Made by a program: the position numbers and the translations under genes. From Candidatus Pacearchaeota archaeon (GTDB lineage: Archaea; Nanobdellota; Nanobdellia; Pacearchaeales; GW2011-AR1), in contig JAGVWT010000017.1 of assembly GCA_018304175.1 (NCBI GenBank), positions 1-30,092 on the forward strand: a stretch of DNA of 30,092 nt, read 5' to 3'. Below the pieces are notes generated by a model. The model was not told the origin of the DNA. It searched no databases and was given only the letters and a program-made list of their open reading frames with translations. Each line of letters starts with the position of its first letter. Position 1 is the stretch's first letter. This document shows positions 1 to 9,488 of the stretch, piece after piece.

Positions 1-1175
1 ACACAAATATTATGACAAAGAACCTTCAAAAGCAGTTCATTAATTTGTGCTGTCTTATCCTTACTTCTAAGATTATCTCGGAATTTTGTCTTCAACATAT
101 GGAAGCAAGTTTCAGCGTTGCTTCTCTTATGGTAATGCTCAAGAAATTCATCGTGTTTGTAAATAAAGTAATGATACATCTTTTTCCAGATTCCATATCC
201 TGACCTCTTTCCTCTAACATTTTTCTTAAAGGGAATGAAGGGGACAGCACCTACATCCTCAATCGCTTGTAAGTTCTTACGAGAACTATAAGCCTTGTCT
301 CCACTTACTTCGCCCACCTTGAAAGTCTTAGCTGTCTCCTCAACTAAGCGAGGCAATGAAGGACTATCGTTCACCTCTCCTTCAGTAATTTCACATCCAG
401 TAATGATATTAGTTTTTGTTCCACTAATTAAATGTGCTTTTAACCATACTCTATATGTTTTTTCTTTGCCCCATTTGTAATCAAAGTAACGGGCAAAACG
501 AGATGTAGAAAAACCACTGGAATCTATCGCAAAATCTGTTTCAACTTCTCTTAATGGGCTTGAACTTATTGAGATTAATTTTTTAAGAATATCTGTAATC
601 TCTCCCCTCTGCATAAAGTGTCCTACAGAAGCGTAGCAAGGTATAGAATCAATTAAATTCATTTCTTTGACTATCTTCATATCAGACATAAATCTTCTCA
701 AACTGAAAGTAGAATAAACCTTTAAGGCAGAAGCAAAAATCATTTTAGATAATGGTAGTGTTGGTCTTCCAAATTTATAATTAGGTTGTTCTGTAAAATC
801 ACATAATTCTCTAAGCAATTTTAGGAATACTAATTTTTCATTGGTCTGGGAATTATCATAAGCCTTCCAATCTTGGCTATAACTTATCTTAACTCCTTTA
901 GTTTGTGTTAATTTTCCTTCTTGGTCTATTTCTTGTTTGATATAGAACTCAACAGCGTAAATATGCTTACATTTCTTATGTCTTAATTCACAATCAGGAC
1001 AGGTGCATTTAGGATTATCTTTTATGAATCTAACCATATATTGTCTTGAAGTGTTCGTTTGTGAAGTAACTCTCCAACCGAAAGGAGTTTTGACTATCCT
1101 TGTAGATTTAGCCAAGAGCTTTCCTCTCTCTTCTCTTGAAAGCTTTTTCCAGTTTGTCTTTAATATCTGTTCCAT
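1..1175 (-). mobile_element. SWIM zinc finger + DDE transposase (IS4/IS5-like, DDE_Tnp_1 type); 3' end runs off the window edge
   Basis: Not in the ORF track because it has no stop in the window. My minus-strand translation from ATG 1175 gives MEQILKTNWKKLSREERGK...KCTCPDCELRHKKCKHIYAV (SWIM CxC..CxH), FAIDSSGFS (D), SGDKAYSS (D) and YHKRSNAETCFHMLK (Y-2-R-3-E-6-K signature). The frame is open to base 1. Confidence 0.88.
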
Positions 1176-1260
1176 GTAATATATATTACTTTACTACTTT
1201 ATATATATTGTTATACTTCATTATATATATCTTTAAATACTACTTTATTATTATATTACT
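1176..1260. promoter_or_regulatory. Divergent promoter region with TATA-like boxes and a TACTACTTTA direct repeat (candidate operator)
   Basis: TACTACTTTA at 1192-1201 and 1238-1247; TTTAAATA at 1232-1239, about 21 nt upstream of ATG 1261; TA-rich tract at about 1198-1208 upstream of the transposase ATG. Confidence 0.5.
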
Positions 1261-1401
1261 ATGTCAAAGACAACTAAGAGTTTTCGTGTTGACCCTGAAT
1301 TGTGGAAAGAGGTTAAAGTTTATGTTGCAAAAAGCGATAACCTTGACATCTCCTCTTTTATTGAACAGGCAATAAAGGAGAAATTAGGCAAGAAGAAATA
1401 A
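1261..1401 (+). CDS. Ribbon-helix-helix (CopG/Arc/MetJ-like) DNA-binding protein, 46 aa
   Basis: Below the ORF-track length cutoff. MSKTTKSFRVDPELWKEVKVYVAKSDNLDISSFIEQAIKEKLGKKK shows an alternating beta-strand (TKSFRVD) followed by two helices, the RHH pattern. Confidence 0.82.
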   Translation: MSKTTKSFRVDPELWKEVKVYVAKSDNLDISSFIEQAIKEKLGKKK

Positions 1402-1429
1402 ATTATTGTGATGGAGTATATAGATTAAA

Positions 1430-1630
1430 ATGCCAGATATAAACCTACCAAAGATGAACCAGCCATTATATGTTTTAATAATATTTTTAATAGGTTTAGG
1501 ATTTTCTGAAATAAAGAACATACCTTTTTTATTTTGGATTTCTTTAATTGGTTCTATTTGGATGGCTTTGCTTATCTGCTGGTCAATGACGAGATATTCA
1601 TTACATTATAACAAAAAGAAGTTAAAATAG
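1430..1630 (+). CDS. Small membrane protein (2 TM), 66 aa, unknown function
   Basis: Two hydrophobic stretches and a basic C-terminal tail; co-oriented 28 nt after the RHH gene. Confidence 0.55.
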   Translation: MPDINLPKMNQPLYVLIIFLIGLGFSEIKNIPFLFWISLIGSIWMALLICWSMTRYSLHYNKKKLK

Positions 1631-1732
1631 ACTTTATACACAGAGACTACTTAATACACAAAGCCCTTCTAATGGAAAGCTTTATAAAGGAATGATTGAT
1701 ATCTATTTATAAATTTTACTCTTATTTTTAAT

Positions 1733-2662
1733 ATGGCTACCTTTATAAAAAAATGTCCTGAATGTGGAAGTGTTAATCTAACTTACGACCCTAATCTTGG
1801 AGAGGTAATTTGTAATGATTGTGGTTTAGTTGTCGAGGAGAAAATGGTTGACACAGGAATAGACCTTCAAAGCAAGTTCGACAAGGGTGAGAAAAAAGGG
1901 CGTGGTGGCGCTCCAATAAGCATGCAAAAATTCGACTCTGGATTAACAACAAACGTTGGAGAAATTTCAGACATTTACAAACTCGAATCAGGACAAACAC
2001 GTAAATTCTTAAGATTAAAAAAATGGCAAGAAAGAGTTTCAACAAGCATTGAAAGAAATCTCAGACTTGCAATGGCTGAATTAAGAGTTATTGCTTTCTA
2101 TTTGAATTTACCAAGCGTTGTCAGAGACGAGGCGTCAAGAATTTATCGTTACGTTCTGCAAAGGGGAATGGTTCGTGGAAGAAGCATGGAATCAGTAATA
2201 GCAGCATGTTTGTACATCGCGTGTCGTTCTTACAACATCCCAAGAACACTTGACGAAATGGCGACAGCTTCTGACGTCGAGAGAAAAGAAATAGGAAGAA
2301 CATACAGATTCATAATAAGAAAACTTGGAATAAAAGTCAAGCAGAGCTCTCCAAAAGATTATGTCTCAAGATTCTCTTCTGTTTTGAAGTTAAGCCCAAA
2401 AACACAAAACGATGCCTTGAAAATTTTGAAAAAAGCAGAGGAAATAGAATTGACTTCTGGAAGAGGTCCTGCAGGAATTTCTGCAGCAGCACTTTACGTC
2501 GCTGCTTTAATGAACAACGAGAAAAAAACACAAAGAGAAGTTGCAGACATTGCAGGAATCACAGAAGTTACAATAAGAAACCGTTACAAAGAACTCATTG
2601 AAAAACTCGACTTGGAAGAAAAAATAAAACAAAAAGAGAAAGAGCTTGCAAAAGTTAAGTGA
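1733..2662 (+). CDS. tfb: Transcription initiation factor IIB (TFB)
   Basis: N-terminal CPECG...CNDCG zinc ribbon, two cyclin repeats (RGRSMES, GRGPAGISAAALY) and C-terminal TQREVADIAGITEVTIRNRYKEL HTH. Confidence 0.98.
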   Translation: MATFIKKCPECGSVNLTYDPNLGEVICNDCGLVVEEKMVDTGIDLQSKFDKGEKKGRGGAPISMQKFDSGLTTNVGEISDIYKLESGQTRKFLRLKKWQERVSTSIERNLRLAMAELRVIAFYLNLPSVVRDEASRIYRYVLQRGMVRGRSMESVIAACLYIACRSYNIPRTLDEMATASDVERKEIGRTYRFIIRKLGIKVKQSSPKDYVSRFSSVLKLSPKTQNDALKILKKAEEIELTSGRGPAGISAAALYVAALMNNEKKTQREVADIAGITEVTIRNRYKELIEKLDLEEKIKQKEKELAKVK

Positions 2663-2678
2663 TTTTTGTTTTCAATCG

Positions 2679-2698
2679 CTCACACTAAAGTGCTCGCT
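2679..2698 (+). repeat. Dispersed intergenic repeat, copy 1 (CTCACACTAAAGTGCTCGCT)
   Basis: Matches 14042-14059 (CTCAC-CTAAAG-GCTCGCT) with two 1-nt gaps; both copies lie just after a stop codon. Confidence 0.55.
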
Positions 2699-2760
2699 TT
2701 AATATTTTACTCCGAAGTCGCGAAGATTTTTATTTAGGATATAACTAAAATTCTGTTTTA

Positions 2761-2847
2761 GGGGTTAATTTTCCTGTTTTGCAATAATCGGTTTTAATTA
2801 GTATTAAATTCTGTTGGGTGGGTGGGCCTAAAATTCTAATTAACCCC
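2761..2847. repeat. 10-bp perfect inverted repeat GGGGTTAATT/AATTAACCCC enclosing GGGTGGGTGGG
   Basis: Arms at 2761-2770 and 2838-2847; G-run motif at 2816-2826, repeated at 3116-3126. Confidence 0.55.
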
Positions 2848-2882
2848 AATCTTTTTAACTTAGAAAATTTATTCTTTTTCAC

Positions 2883-2966
2883 GCGGAGATGCCAGAGTGG
2901 TCAAATGGGCTGGATTTAGGCTCCAGTGGCTTAGTGCCTACGTAGGTTCGAATCCTATTCTCCGCA
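2883..2966 (+). tRNA. tRNA-Leu (TAG)
   Basis: Acceptor GCGGAGA/TCTCCGC, anticodon arm CTGGA-TTTAGGC-TCCAG, long variable arm, GGTTCGAATCC T-arm, then a T-run. CCA is not encoded. Confidence 0.96.
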
Positions 2967-3224
2967 TTTTTCTGTATAAGTGTTCGCTTAACCCTCGCTC
3001 AAGTTTAATATAAACTATTAATATAAAATTTTATTTTGATATTAATCATTTTTATGGTAGGAGAGTGTTTTGACTTTGGCAATTTTATGTTTTGGATTTT
3101 TATTTAGTAGTTTTAGGGTGGGTGGGTAAGTTCAGTGTTTTTGGGATAGCAATAACAGAGTCAAAATGTGATTATGGTGGGAAATTATGACTAAAATATC
3201 AAGCAAAGCGAGAGAATTTTAATT

Positions 3225-6200
3225 TCAAAGATTCCTTTCATATTCTAAAATATTCGCAACATACTGCAAAACTTCAGGAGGGATATTTTTGCAATTTACC
3301 CATTTATCTTCTGCACAATTATCATTAATATTTCCCCTTCCCCAATTGTAAGCAGCAAGCGCAATTTTTTTCACTTCATCAGAATTGCCTTTACTAAAAT
3401 AATAATTATACAGAAGCGTGTAATAAAGCGTTCCAGCGTAAATATTTTTCTTCGCGTCAGACATTTCTGTTTCAAAGCTATTCAGATTTATAGACACTAT
3501 CACAGGTTCAACACCATAAACACTGTTTTTCACGTCGGTTACTGCACCCCTACTTACCTGCATTAATCCCCACGAACCCAAATTATCAGTAATACCTGCC
3601 GAAGGATTTTGCGCGTTTGACTCCTGCAAGATTATTCCTTTAATCAACTCATCAGGGATATAATACTTCAAAGAAACTTCACTAACAATGGAATCATAAC
3701 TTTCAAGATTCTTCATCACTAAAACACTATTTAATATATTTTGAACTCTATCTTCAGGTAAAGGTAATGAAACATCTCCTTCAATACATGTTCCACCAAA
3801 AATTCCCCCTAAAGCTCCAGGAGTATACAAACAACTATCGCTAATACTTCCACAATCATCTTTATAACATGCATAACCTCCGTCTCCACAGCTTTCACAT
3901 TTTATTTGTTCAATTTGTTCAATTTCACTAATTTCTATTTCATCCGGCGCTTCTATTAAATCTGTAACTGAAACAGGAGAAACTCCTGGAAAGGGTTTTT
4001 TTGCAATTATGTCTTTAACAATCTGTGCATGAGCATCTCCTCTAAAAAGATATAGCTGAGCTTTCTGATTTGATAAAATTGCTCTCTCAATTAAATTCTT
4101 TCCAGAAACAATATTATTTATTCTCTGTATAATTTCGCGCGCTTTTATTTGCACTAAACTCATCAAATCTCCGATATCTTTTATTTCCTTGTCAACATTT
4201 TCTGTTTCTGCAATTATTTTATCAGAAGCTTCAGCCCTTTCAGTTATTGAATCAAGAGTTTCATCCTCGAGATTCACAACTTTAATAGTATCTTTAACAC
4301 TCTGTGTATCAATGTAACATTTCACTCTTCCTTCTCCATTGTCACACGTTCCAACTTCCTGCCACCTTCCATCTTTTGTTCCTGTTAATGAATCTGTGTT
4401 TTTCCCGGGATTATCTGTCGCACAAACTCTTATAATCCCCCTATTGTAAATTTCAGGATTCAATGCTTCTTCAGCTCCTGCTTGCAAGTTAGGATTAATC
4501 AAACCTAAAGCGCTCGGCGTTCCAGCAACACACTCTGTTTCAGTCATTATATCTGTCCTGCTCGCTTCTTCTTCCAAGTATTTATCTTTCAGATAATTCA
4601 AAGAGAAATCAGTTGAGACTTGTTTGAAACCACATTCCTCCTGCGCATTAACTCTTACACATAATTCTTTGTATCCTTCCGGAGCAATAAAGTCCCTTGT
4701 CTCTGATGCGTAACCTCCTGGAGCAATATACCCTGAAGCAACATTCACCGTCGGATTTGTCTGATAAAATGAAACTCCACTAGGACTTCTCAAATAAATA
4801 TTGTAATAAACTCCAATATTGTCTATTTGCCCTGTGTTTTCTCCGGCGAAAATATGATAAAACACTTTGTACTGTGATGTTGCTGGAACCGTCGCTGTTG
4901 TATAAGTCTGCTCTGAAAACCACGCTGTGAACTGAGGCGGTGACCTTGGTTCAATTAAAGAACTCAAACCAACATCTGTGGGGTAAGTTGCTGAAATAAA
5001 ATTCCTGCATATTGCGCTTCCAATTTGATTCGTGGATTGAACATTAAATGCCTGGAATGCATTGTTCCCATAATAACTAGTGAAATAATTTGCAGAGTCT
5101 TGTGCATTTTGCCACGCACTTTGAATTGCTAAATACTCTCCACCCCCTCTTTTTCCTGAACTTAATGAACCTGTAGTTAAAAATTCAAAAATTTTCGGAA
5201 CTGCTATCTGAGATATTGGTTGTGCCTGATCCCAGAAAAAGTCGCAAAGATAAATACTATGAATCTCATCACAAATTCCAATTGTCTTTCCTGTATCTAA
5301 ATTAGTTTGCAAGCAATCCCTGTAGCTTTTCTGAACTGAAATCAAAGAATCAATTCCTGCTTTTATTCCAGTAAGACAAACAGGAACATAAATATTTTCT
5401 TCTATATTCGGCAAACATAACAAAGCACTTCCAACAATTCCACTTTGGACAACATCAGCGACGTAATAATTTCCCCCAAGGTTACATCTACTTGAAGGAC
5501 ATACAACAGGGTCGCAAACATTGAATAATAAATTACATTCACTAGGTGACATGAAATCCTGGCATTGAACTTCAGGAACTCCTACTGCCGGCTCGCCAAC
5601 AGGAACATCCTCTGTACCTATTCTTATAACCCCACTTATTCCCGGCCTATAAGCACTAGCTACACTATTTATTGCTCTCGTTGCTTTATCAACCAAGCTT
5701 CTTACTTCTCTAGGATCATCTATTCCTGCAAAACTGTAAGATACAGTTCCTGTTGCCGGATTAAATTGCTGGCATTCATCATCGCCCAAATTCGGAGAAT
5801 TAAATTCAGCTTTTCCATTAAATCCTACATTGCAAAGATAAAAACTTCCAACATTTCCAGAATCATCATAAGTCCTAATTCCTCCAAAACCTGGGAATGT
5901 TTGCTTTGTCACTGCATACCATCCGTTTTGTAAGTCAAATGGAACCAAAGCAGGTAAGCCCTTGTATTGCCCTGTTTCAAAATACTGAACCTTTGGATCT
6001 AAGAAATTGTTGTTGTAAGATGAAGAATCTCTTTTTATGAATCCCGAGGAAAATTCTTGCCTGACTTGAGTAATAATATTTTCATCAGTAATTTTATTCC
6101 CACTAATGTCATAAACTGCTGTTCCGTCATCATCAATTGCATATTTATTGCTTCCTAAATCTCTTAAAGCAACATAATAAGACATTTGAGTACTCCTCAA

Positions 6201-9200
6201 AGTTATTCCTTGAATTTTCTTTCCTGAATTAATATCTCCAAAACCAGAAGTGCTTTTTCCTTGATAAGTTGTTGGAGGTCTTGTATCTTGAGTTGGGCCT
6301 GAAAATGGAAAACTCATTCCTGGCAAACCATTTTGTGATGCAGAAGCTTGTGCAACTCTCTGTGCAACAATTCCTTCAACATTTGAATTTATATTTGACA
6401 AAATTTTATACCTCTCAATTTCAGCAGATGTTTTTATTTCAGCACTTATATCATTTGACTCTGCGATTAAATTCAATCTTTCCAAATCTCGTGCCTGAGT
6501 TAAAGAAACCATATCACATTTTCCTTCATTATCTGTACCAAATGCAGCATTCAAATCATCTGAAAAAGTTACATCCTGGCTTGTAATTTCATTTCTCGGG
6601 TCTACGATTTGATTTCCTAAACCTTGCCTTATATCTCCAAGTCTTCCACACAAGTTACCTTCATTAATCGCTTCCTGAGACTGAATTATTTCATGAACAG
6701 CTTCGACATCTTTGTCAATTGCTTCGGTATTGTCTAAGAAACACGCGTCCAATGAACTGTATTCGCCGGCAGTTGTTTTTTTGTCGCAAATATCTGTCCA
6801 ACCTCCCTCGCTTCTCATAACTTCCTGTCGTGAAATAGATTTCCCGTCGAGGTTTTCAAAAAAGTTCTTAACAGTTAAAGCAGTTCCTGTAGCAAGACAC
6901 ATTCCATTAAATCCTTTCACAACATTTCCCAAAGCTTCGGAGTTGCCTTCCCACTTGTTTATTGAATCATTCAAGTTGTTTATCTTGTTCTTTATTTCAC
7001 TAGGAGACAATTGAATTGCTCTTTTTTCAATTCCAATCTTGAAACTCAAATTCGCTTCTGTGCCTGCGTTCTCAACTCCAGGAATCACAGAAACTTTTGC
7101 CTGTTTTTCCAAATTTATGTCAGTCAAAGTGAAAGTATATTTGCTTCCGAAACTATCGCCAACATCTTCTCTTAGTGTTTTTCTAGGATTTCCAAAAGCA
7201 GCAACCAAAGTGCTGTCTATAAAACTGTCTGACCTCAAATTAAAATTCAAGACAGCTGAATTATCATTAAGAGATAAAAGCTGTATAGTCTCGCCGGTTT
7301 CTTCATTTAATACATATACTTCATTTTTAGTCAGCTTAATTGGAATAAAATCATTATTAGGATATCTTATTGAAATCTCTGCTCCAAATTCTTCAGAACT
7401 TGGTTCATAAATTCCGTCAAAAGAAATTTCACGAATTTTACCGTTGATTATTACATCCTGTCGGGCAATTTCAGAGCTTGCAATCTTTAATGCATTTTCA
7501 CATATATCAGGATAAATACTTGTATCTGGATAACTATCCCTAAATTCTTTACATAATTCAACCATTGTTTTTTTCTGATTTGTTTTTTCAGCAAGAATTA
7601 TTGAGTTGACAAATGCCTGTTCTGCAAATGTAGGTGTGTTTTCTATTTTATCGCCGGGCTTGTCGCTCGGATAATTGTCGATTATTTCTCTGTAATCAGA
7701 CATTGCATTTTCGTAAGTTTGTTCTAATTCATCGCGTCCAGATATTGTTTCATCGCTCGGCCTAAGAGTTTCGAGATAATTCTCGAATGAAATATAATCA
7801 TCTTCTCCAGAAAACTTTATCCTAATTGAATCCCTGTTTTGGTTTCTGGTAAAAAGATCTTTTACTTGAGCATCGGTGTAAGATGTACCAATATTCCATG
7901 TCCACTCATTGTTTCCAACTTTCTCACGATTAACTTCATTGTCAAAACTACCAGCTAAAATAGTATCTCCTATCCCACACCTCGACGGCTCAAATCCTCC
8001 ATTTACAACACAGCGTCCGTTTAATCTTTCATCAACGCCAAAAATATTTCTGTTGTTTGTTGCTTCTGACAATCCGTCGAAAAAGACTGTTTTGCCTTTC
8101 ATCTCATAACCATGCCCTTGAGGAATTATAGCATAAATTTCTCCTTTCCCAAAAAATCCATAAGCCTGCCTTGCCAATGAAATATAAGATTCAAACAAAT
8201 CAAGAGAGAAATCAATAACCCCTATGCTTGTCTTCTCATCGCGAATCATCTGCTTGTATAGTGTCTCTGATTTTGAAATTTCATCATTATCTAATCTTTC
8301 CTTGTCTTGAGTTGATGTCTTTAAAAAAACAACCAAATCCAAATCCCCTTCATCATTTGAATATTTTTTCGCTTCAGCATATGCAAAATAAACAAACTTT
8401 CCTTCTGACTCGTAAAGTTTATCACCAATTTGGTAATCTCCTTGATTTTCGTCTATGCTCAATGTAAGTTCAGGGGAATTTATCAATGAAAAAGTTCCAT
8501 CACTTCCAGGGTCTGTTCTGCAATTAACATCAACTCTCTCAAACAATCCATTTTTTTCAATGTCTGTAACCCTACACAAATTCTCAAGGAATCTTTCTCT
8601 TTCCCCAACTTCAACAATCTCTCCGTTAATACTAAGCTTTGCTCTTGTATTTGGAACTGTCAAACTATCAAGTCTCAACCTCAAATTAGCAGCACAATAA
8701 TACCCTGGAAGATAAATTTGATTTGAAGTCTCTCCAACTCTTAACGTTTGCGTTGTTAATCTGTTATTTTCATCAAGATAAATTGAAATCACAGCGCTGT
8801 TATCTTCAACATCTTCGGCTCTTAGAAGTGCTTTTCCATTCCAGAAGCCATATTGTCTAAACTTATTACTCCATTCATCATTATCTATTAAAGGCAAATA
8901 TCTCGTCGCAGGACCAATTCCGTAAGCATTTTCAATGTCATATCTGATAAACGCTGTTAAATTTCCTTGAACAAAATTAGGCATCGCTGACTCATTCGGC
9001 TGTTGATTCAAAACAATAACTGCATAACCAACATTTTCCAGAGTCGGTGAATTGATTAAAGTTGAATAAGTTCTTTTCACAGCAGCCCTCGCAGGATAAA
9101 ATCCAACTCCAGAAACTCCCGGAGAATATTCTCCTCGAAAAGTCATAGATTCAATAGCTTCAACATCAATTAATGGATTTATTTTTGTTGCAAGAACAGG

Positions 9201-9488
9201 ACAGAAAACAGGTACGTTTCTTTCTTCAAGCAAATCGCTTCTCACAACCGCAGGAGAACAGCCAAATGGCGCGATTTGTAAAATAAAATCCTGGCTTTTG
9301 CCACACATCTGGGCATTAAAACCGGAAATACCACTAATTCCCTGAATTCCACTTAATCCAGGAGAAAATCCAGGGGAAGTATATTGTGGATTCGAATAAA
9401 TTGACTGCGCGGAAATAAAACAAATCAAAAATAAAATTGCAAATAAAGAAATTATTGCAAAAGTCAAATCTTTGTTTTTTGTTATCAT
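3225..9488 (-). CDS. Giant (2087 aa) secreted or membrane-anchored Cys-rich protein with C-terminal lytic transglycosylase (SLT-like) domain
   Basis: N-terminal signal-like hydrophobic segment; Cys clusters (e.g. VQCQDFMSPSECNLLFNVCDPVVCPSSRC); C-terminal IILQES (catalytic Glu codon 3621-3623), GLMQ (3558-3569) and ALAAYNWG (about 3339-3362) motifs. Confidence 0.88.
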   Translation of the reverse strand: MITKNKDLTFAIISLFAILFLICFISAQSIYSNPQYTSPGFSPGLSGIQGISGISGFNAQMCGKSQDFILQIAPFGCSPAVVRSDLLEERNVPVFCPVLATKINPLIDVEAIESMTFRGEYSPGVSGVGFYPARAAVKRTYSTLINSPTLENVGYAVIVLNQQPNESAMPNFVQGNLTAFIRYDIENAYGIGPATRYLPLIDNDEWSNKFRQYGFWNGKALLRAEDVEDNSAVISIYLDENNRLTTQTLRVGETSNQIYLPGYYCAANLRLRLDSLTVPNTRAKLSINGEIVEVGERERFLENLCRVTDIEKNGLFERVDVNCRTDPGSDGTFSLINSPELTLSIDENQGDYQIGDKLYESEGKFVYFAYAEAKKYSNDEGDLDLVVFLKTSTQDKERLDNDEISKSETLYKQMIRDEKTSIGVIDFSLDLFESYISLARQAYGFFGKGEIYAIIPQGHGYEMKGKTVFFDGLSEATNNRNIFGVDERLNGRCVVNGGFEPSRCGIGDTILAGSFDNEVNREKVGNNEWTWNIGTSYTDAQVKDLFTRNQNRDSIRIKFSGEDDYISFENYLETLRPSDETISGRDELEQTYENAMSDYREIIDNYPSDKPGDKIENTPTFAEQAFVNSIILAEKTNQKKTMVELCKEFRDSYPDTSIYPDICENALKIASSEIARQDVIINGKIREISFDGIYEPSSEEFGAEISIRYPNNDFIPIKLTKNEVYVLNEETGETIQLLSLNDNSAVLNFNLRSDSFIDSTLVAAFGNPRKTLREDVGDSFGSKYTFTLTDINLEKQAKVSVIPGVENAGTEANLSFKIGIEKRAIQLSPSEIKNKINNLNDSINKWEGNSEALGNVVKGFNGMCLATGTALTVKNFFENLDGKSISRQEVMRSEGGWTDICDKKTTAGEYSSLDACFLDNTEAIDKDVEAVHEIIQSQEAINEGNLCGRLGDIRQGLGNQIVDPRNEITSQDVTFSDDLNAAFGTDNEGKCDMVSLTQARDLERLNLIAESNDISAEIKTSAEIERYKILSNINSNVEGIVAQRVAQASASQNGLPGMSFPFSGPTQDTRPPTTYQGKSTSGFGDINSGKKIQGITLRSTQMSYYVALRDLGSNKYAIDDDGTAVYDISGNKITDENIITQVRQEFSSGFIKRDSSSYNNNFLDPKVQYFETGQYKGLPALVPFDLQNGWYAVTKQTFPGFGGIRTYDDSGNVGSFYLCNVGFNGKAEFNSPNLGDDECQQFNPATGTVSYSFAGIDDPREVRSLVDKATRAINSVASAYRPGISGVIRIGTEDVPVGEPAVGVPEVQCQDFMSPSECNLLFNVCDPVVCPSSRCNLGGNYYVADVVQSGIVGSALLCLPNIEENIYVPVCLTGIKAGIDSLISVQKSYRDCLQTNLDTGKTIGICDEIHSIYLCDFFWDQAQPISQIAVPKIFEFLTTGSLSSGKRGGGEYLAIQSAWQNAQDSANYFTSYYGNNAFQAFNVQSTNQIGSAICRNFISATYPTDVGLSSLIEPRSPPQFTAWFSEQTYTTATVPATSQYKVFYHIFAGENTGQIDNIGVYYNIYLRSPSGVSFYQTNPTVNVASGYIAPGGYASETRDFIAPEGYKELCVRVNAQEECGFKQVSTDFSLNYLKDKYLEEEASRTDIMTETECVAGTPSALGLINPNLQAGAEEALNPEIYNRGIIRVCATDNPGKNTDSLTGTKDGRWQEVGTCDNGEGRVKCYIDTQSVKDTIKVVNLEDETLDSITERAEASDKIIAETENVDKEIKDIGDLMSLVQIKAREIIQRINNIVSGKNLIERAILSNQKAQLYLFRGDAHAQIVKDIIAKKPFPGVSPVSVTDLIEAPDEIEISEIEQIEQIKCESCGDGGYACYKDDCGSISDSCLYTPGALGGIFGGTCIEGDVSLPLPEDRVQNILNSVLVMKNLESYDSIVSEVSLKYYIPDELIKGIILQESNAQNPSAGITDNLGSWGLMQVSRGAVTDVKNSVYGVEPVIVSINLNSFETEMSDAKKNIYAGTLYYTLLYNYYFSKGNSDEVKKIALAAYNWGRGNINDNCAEDKWVNCKNIPPEVLQYVANILEYERNL

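Noticed and set aside
12-1375. Plus-strand track ORFs 12-203, 295-480 and 1136-1375
   Set aside because: Antisense or off-frame shadows of the transposase and RHH genes, with no recognisable motifs.
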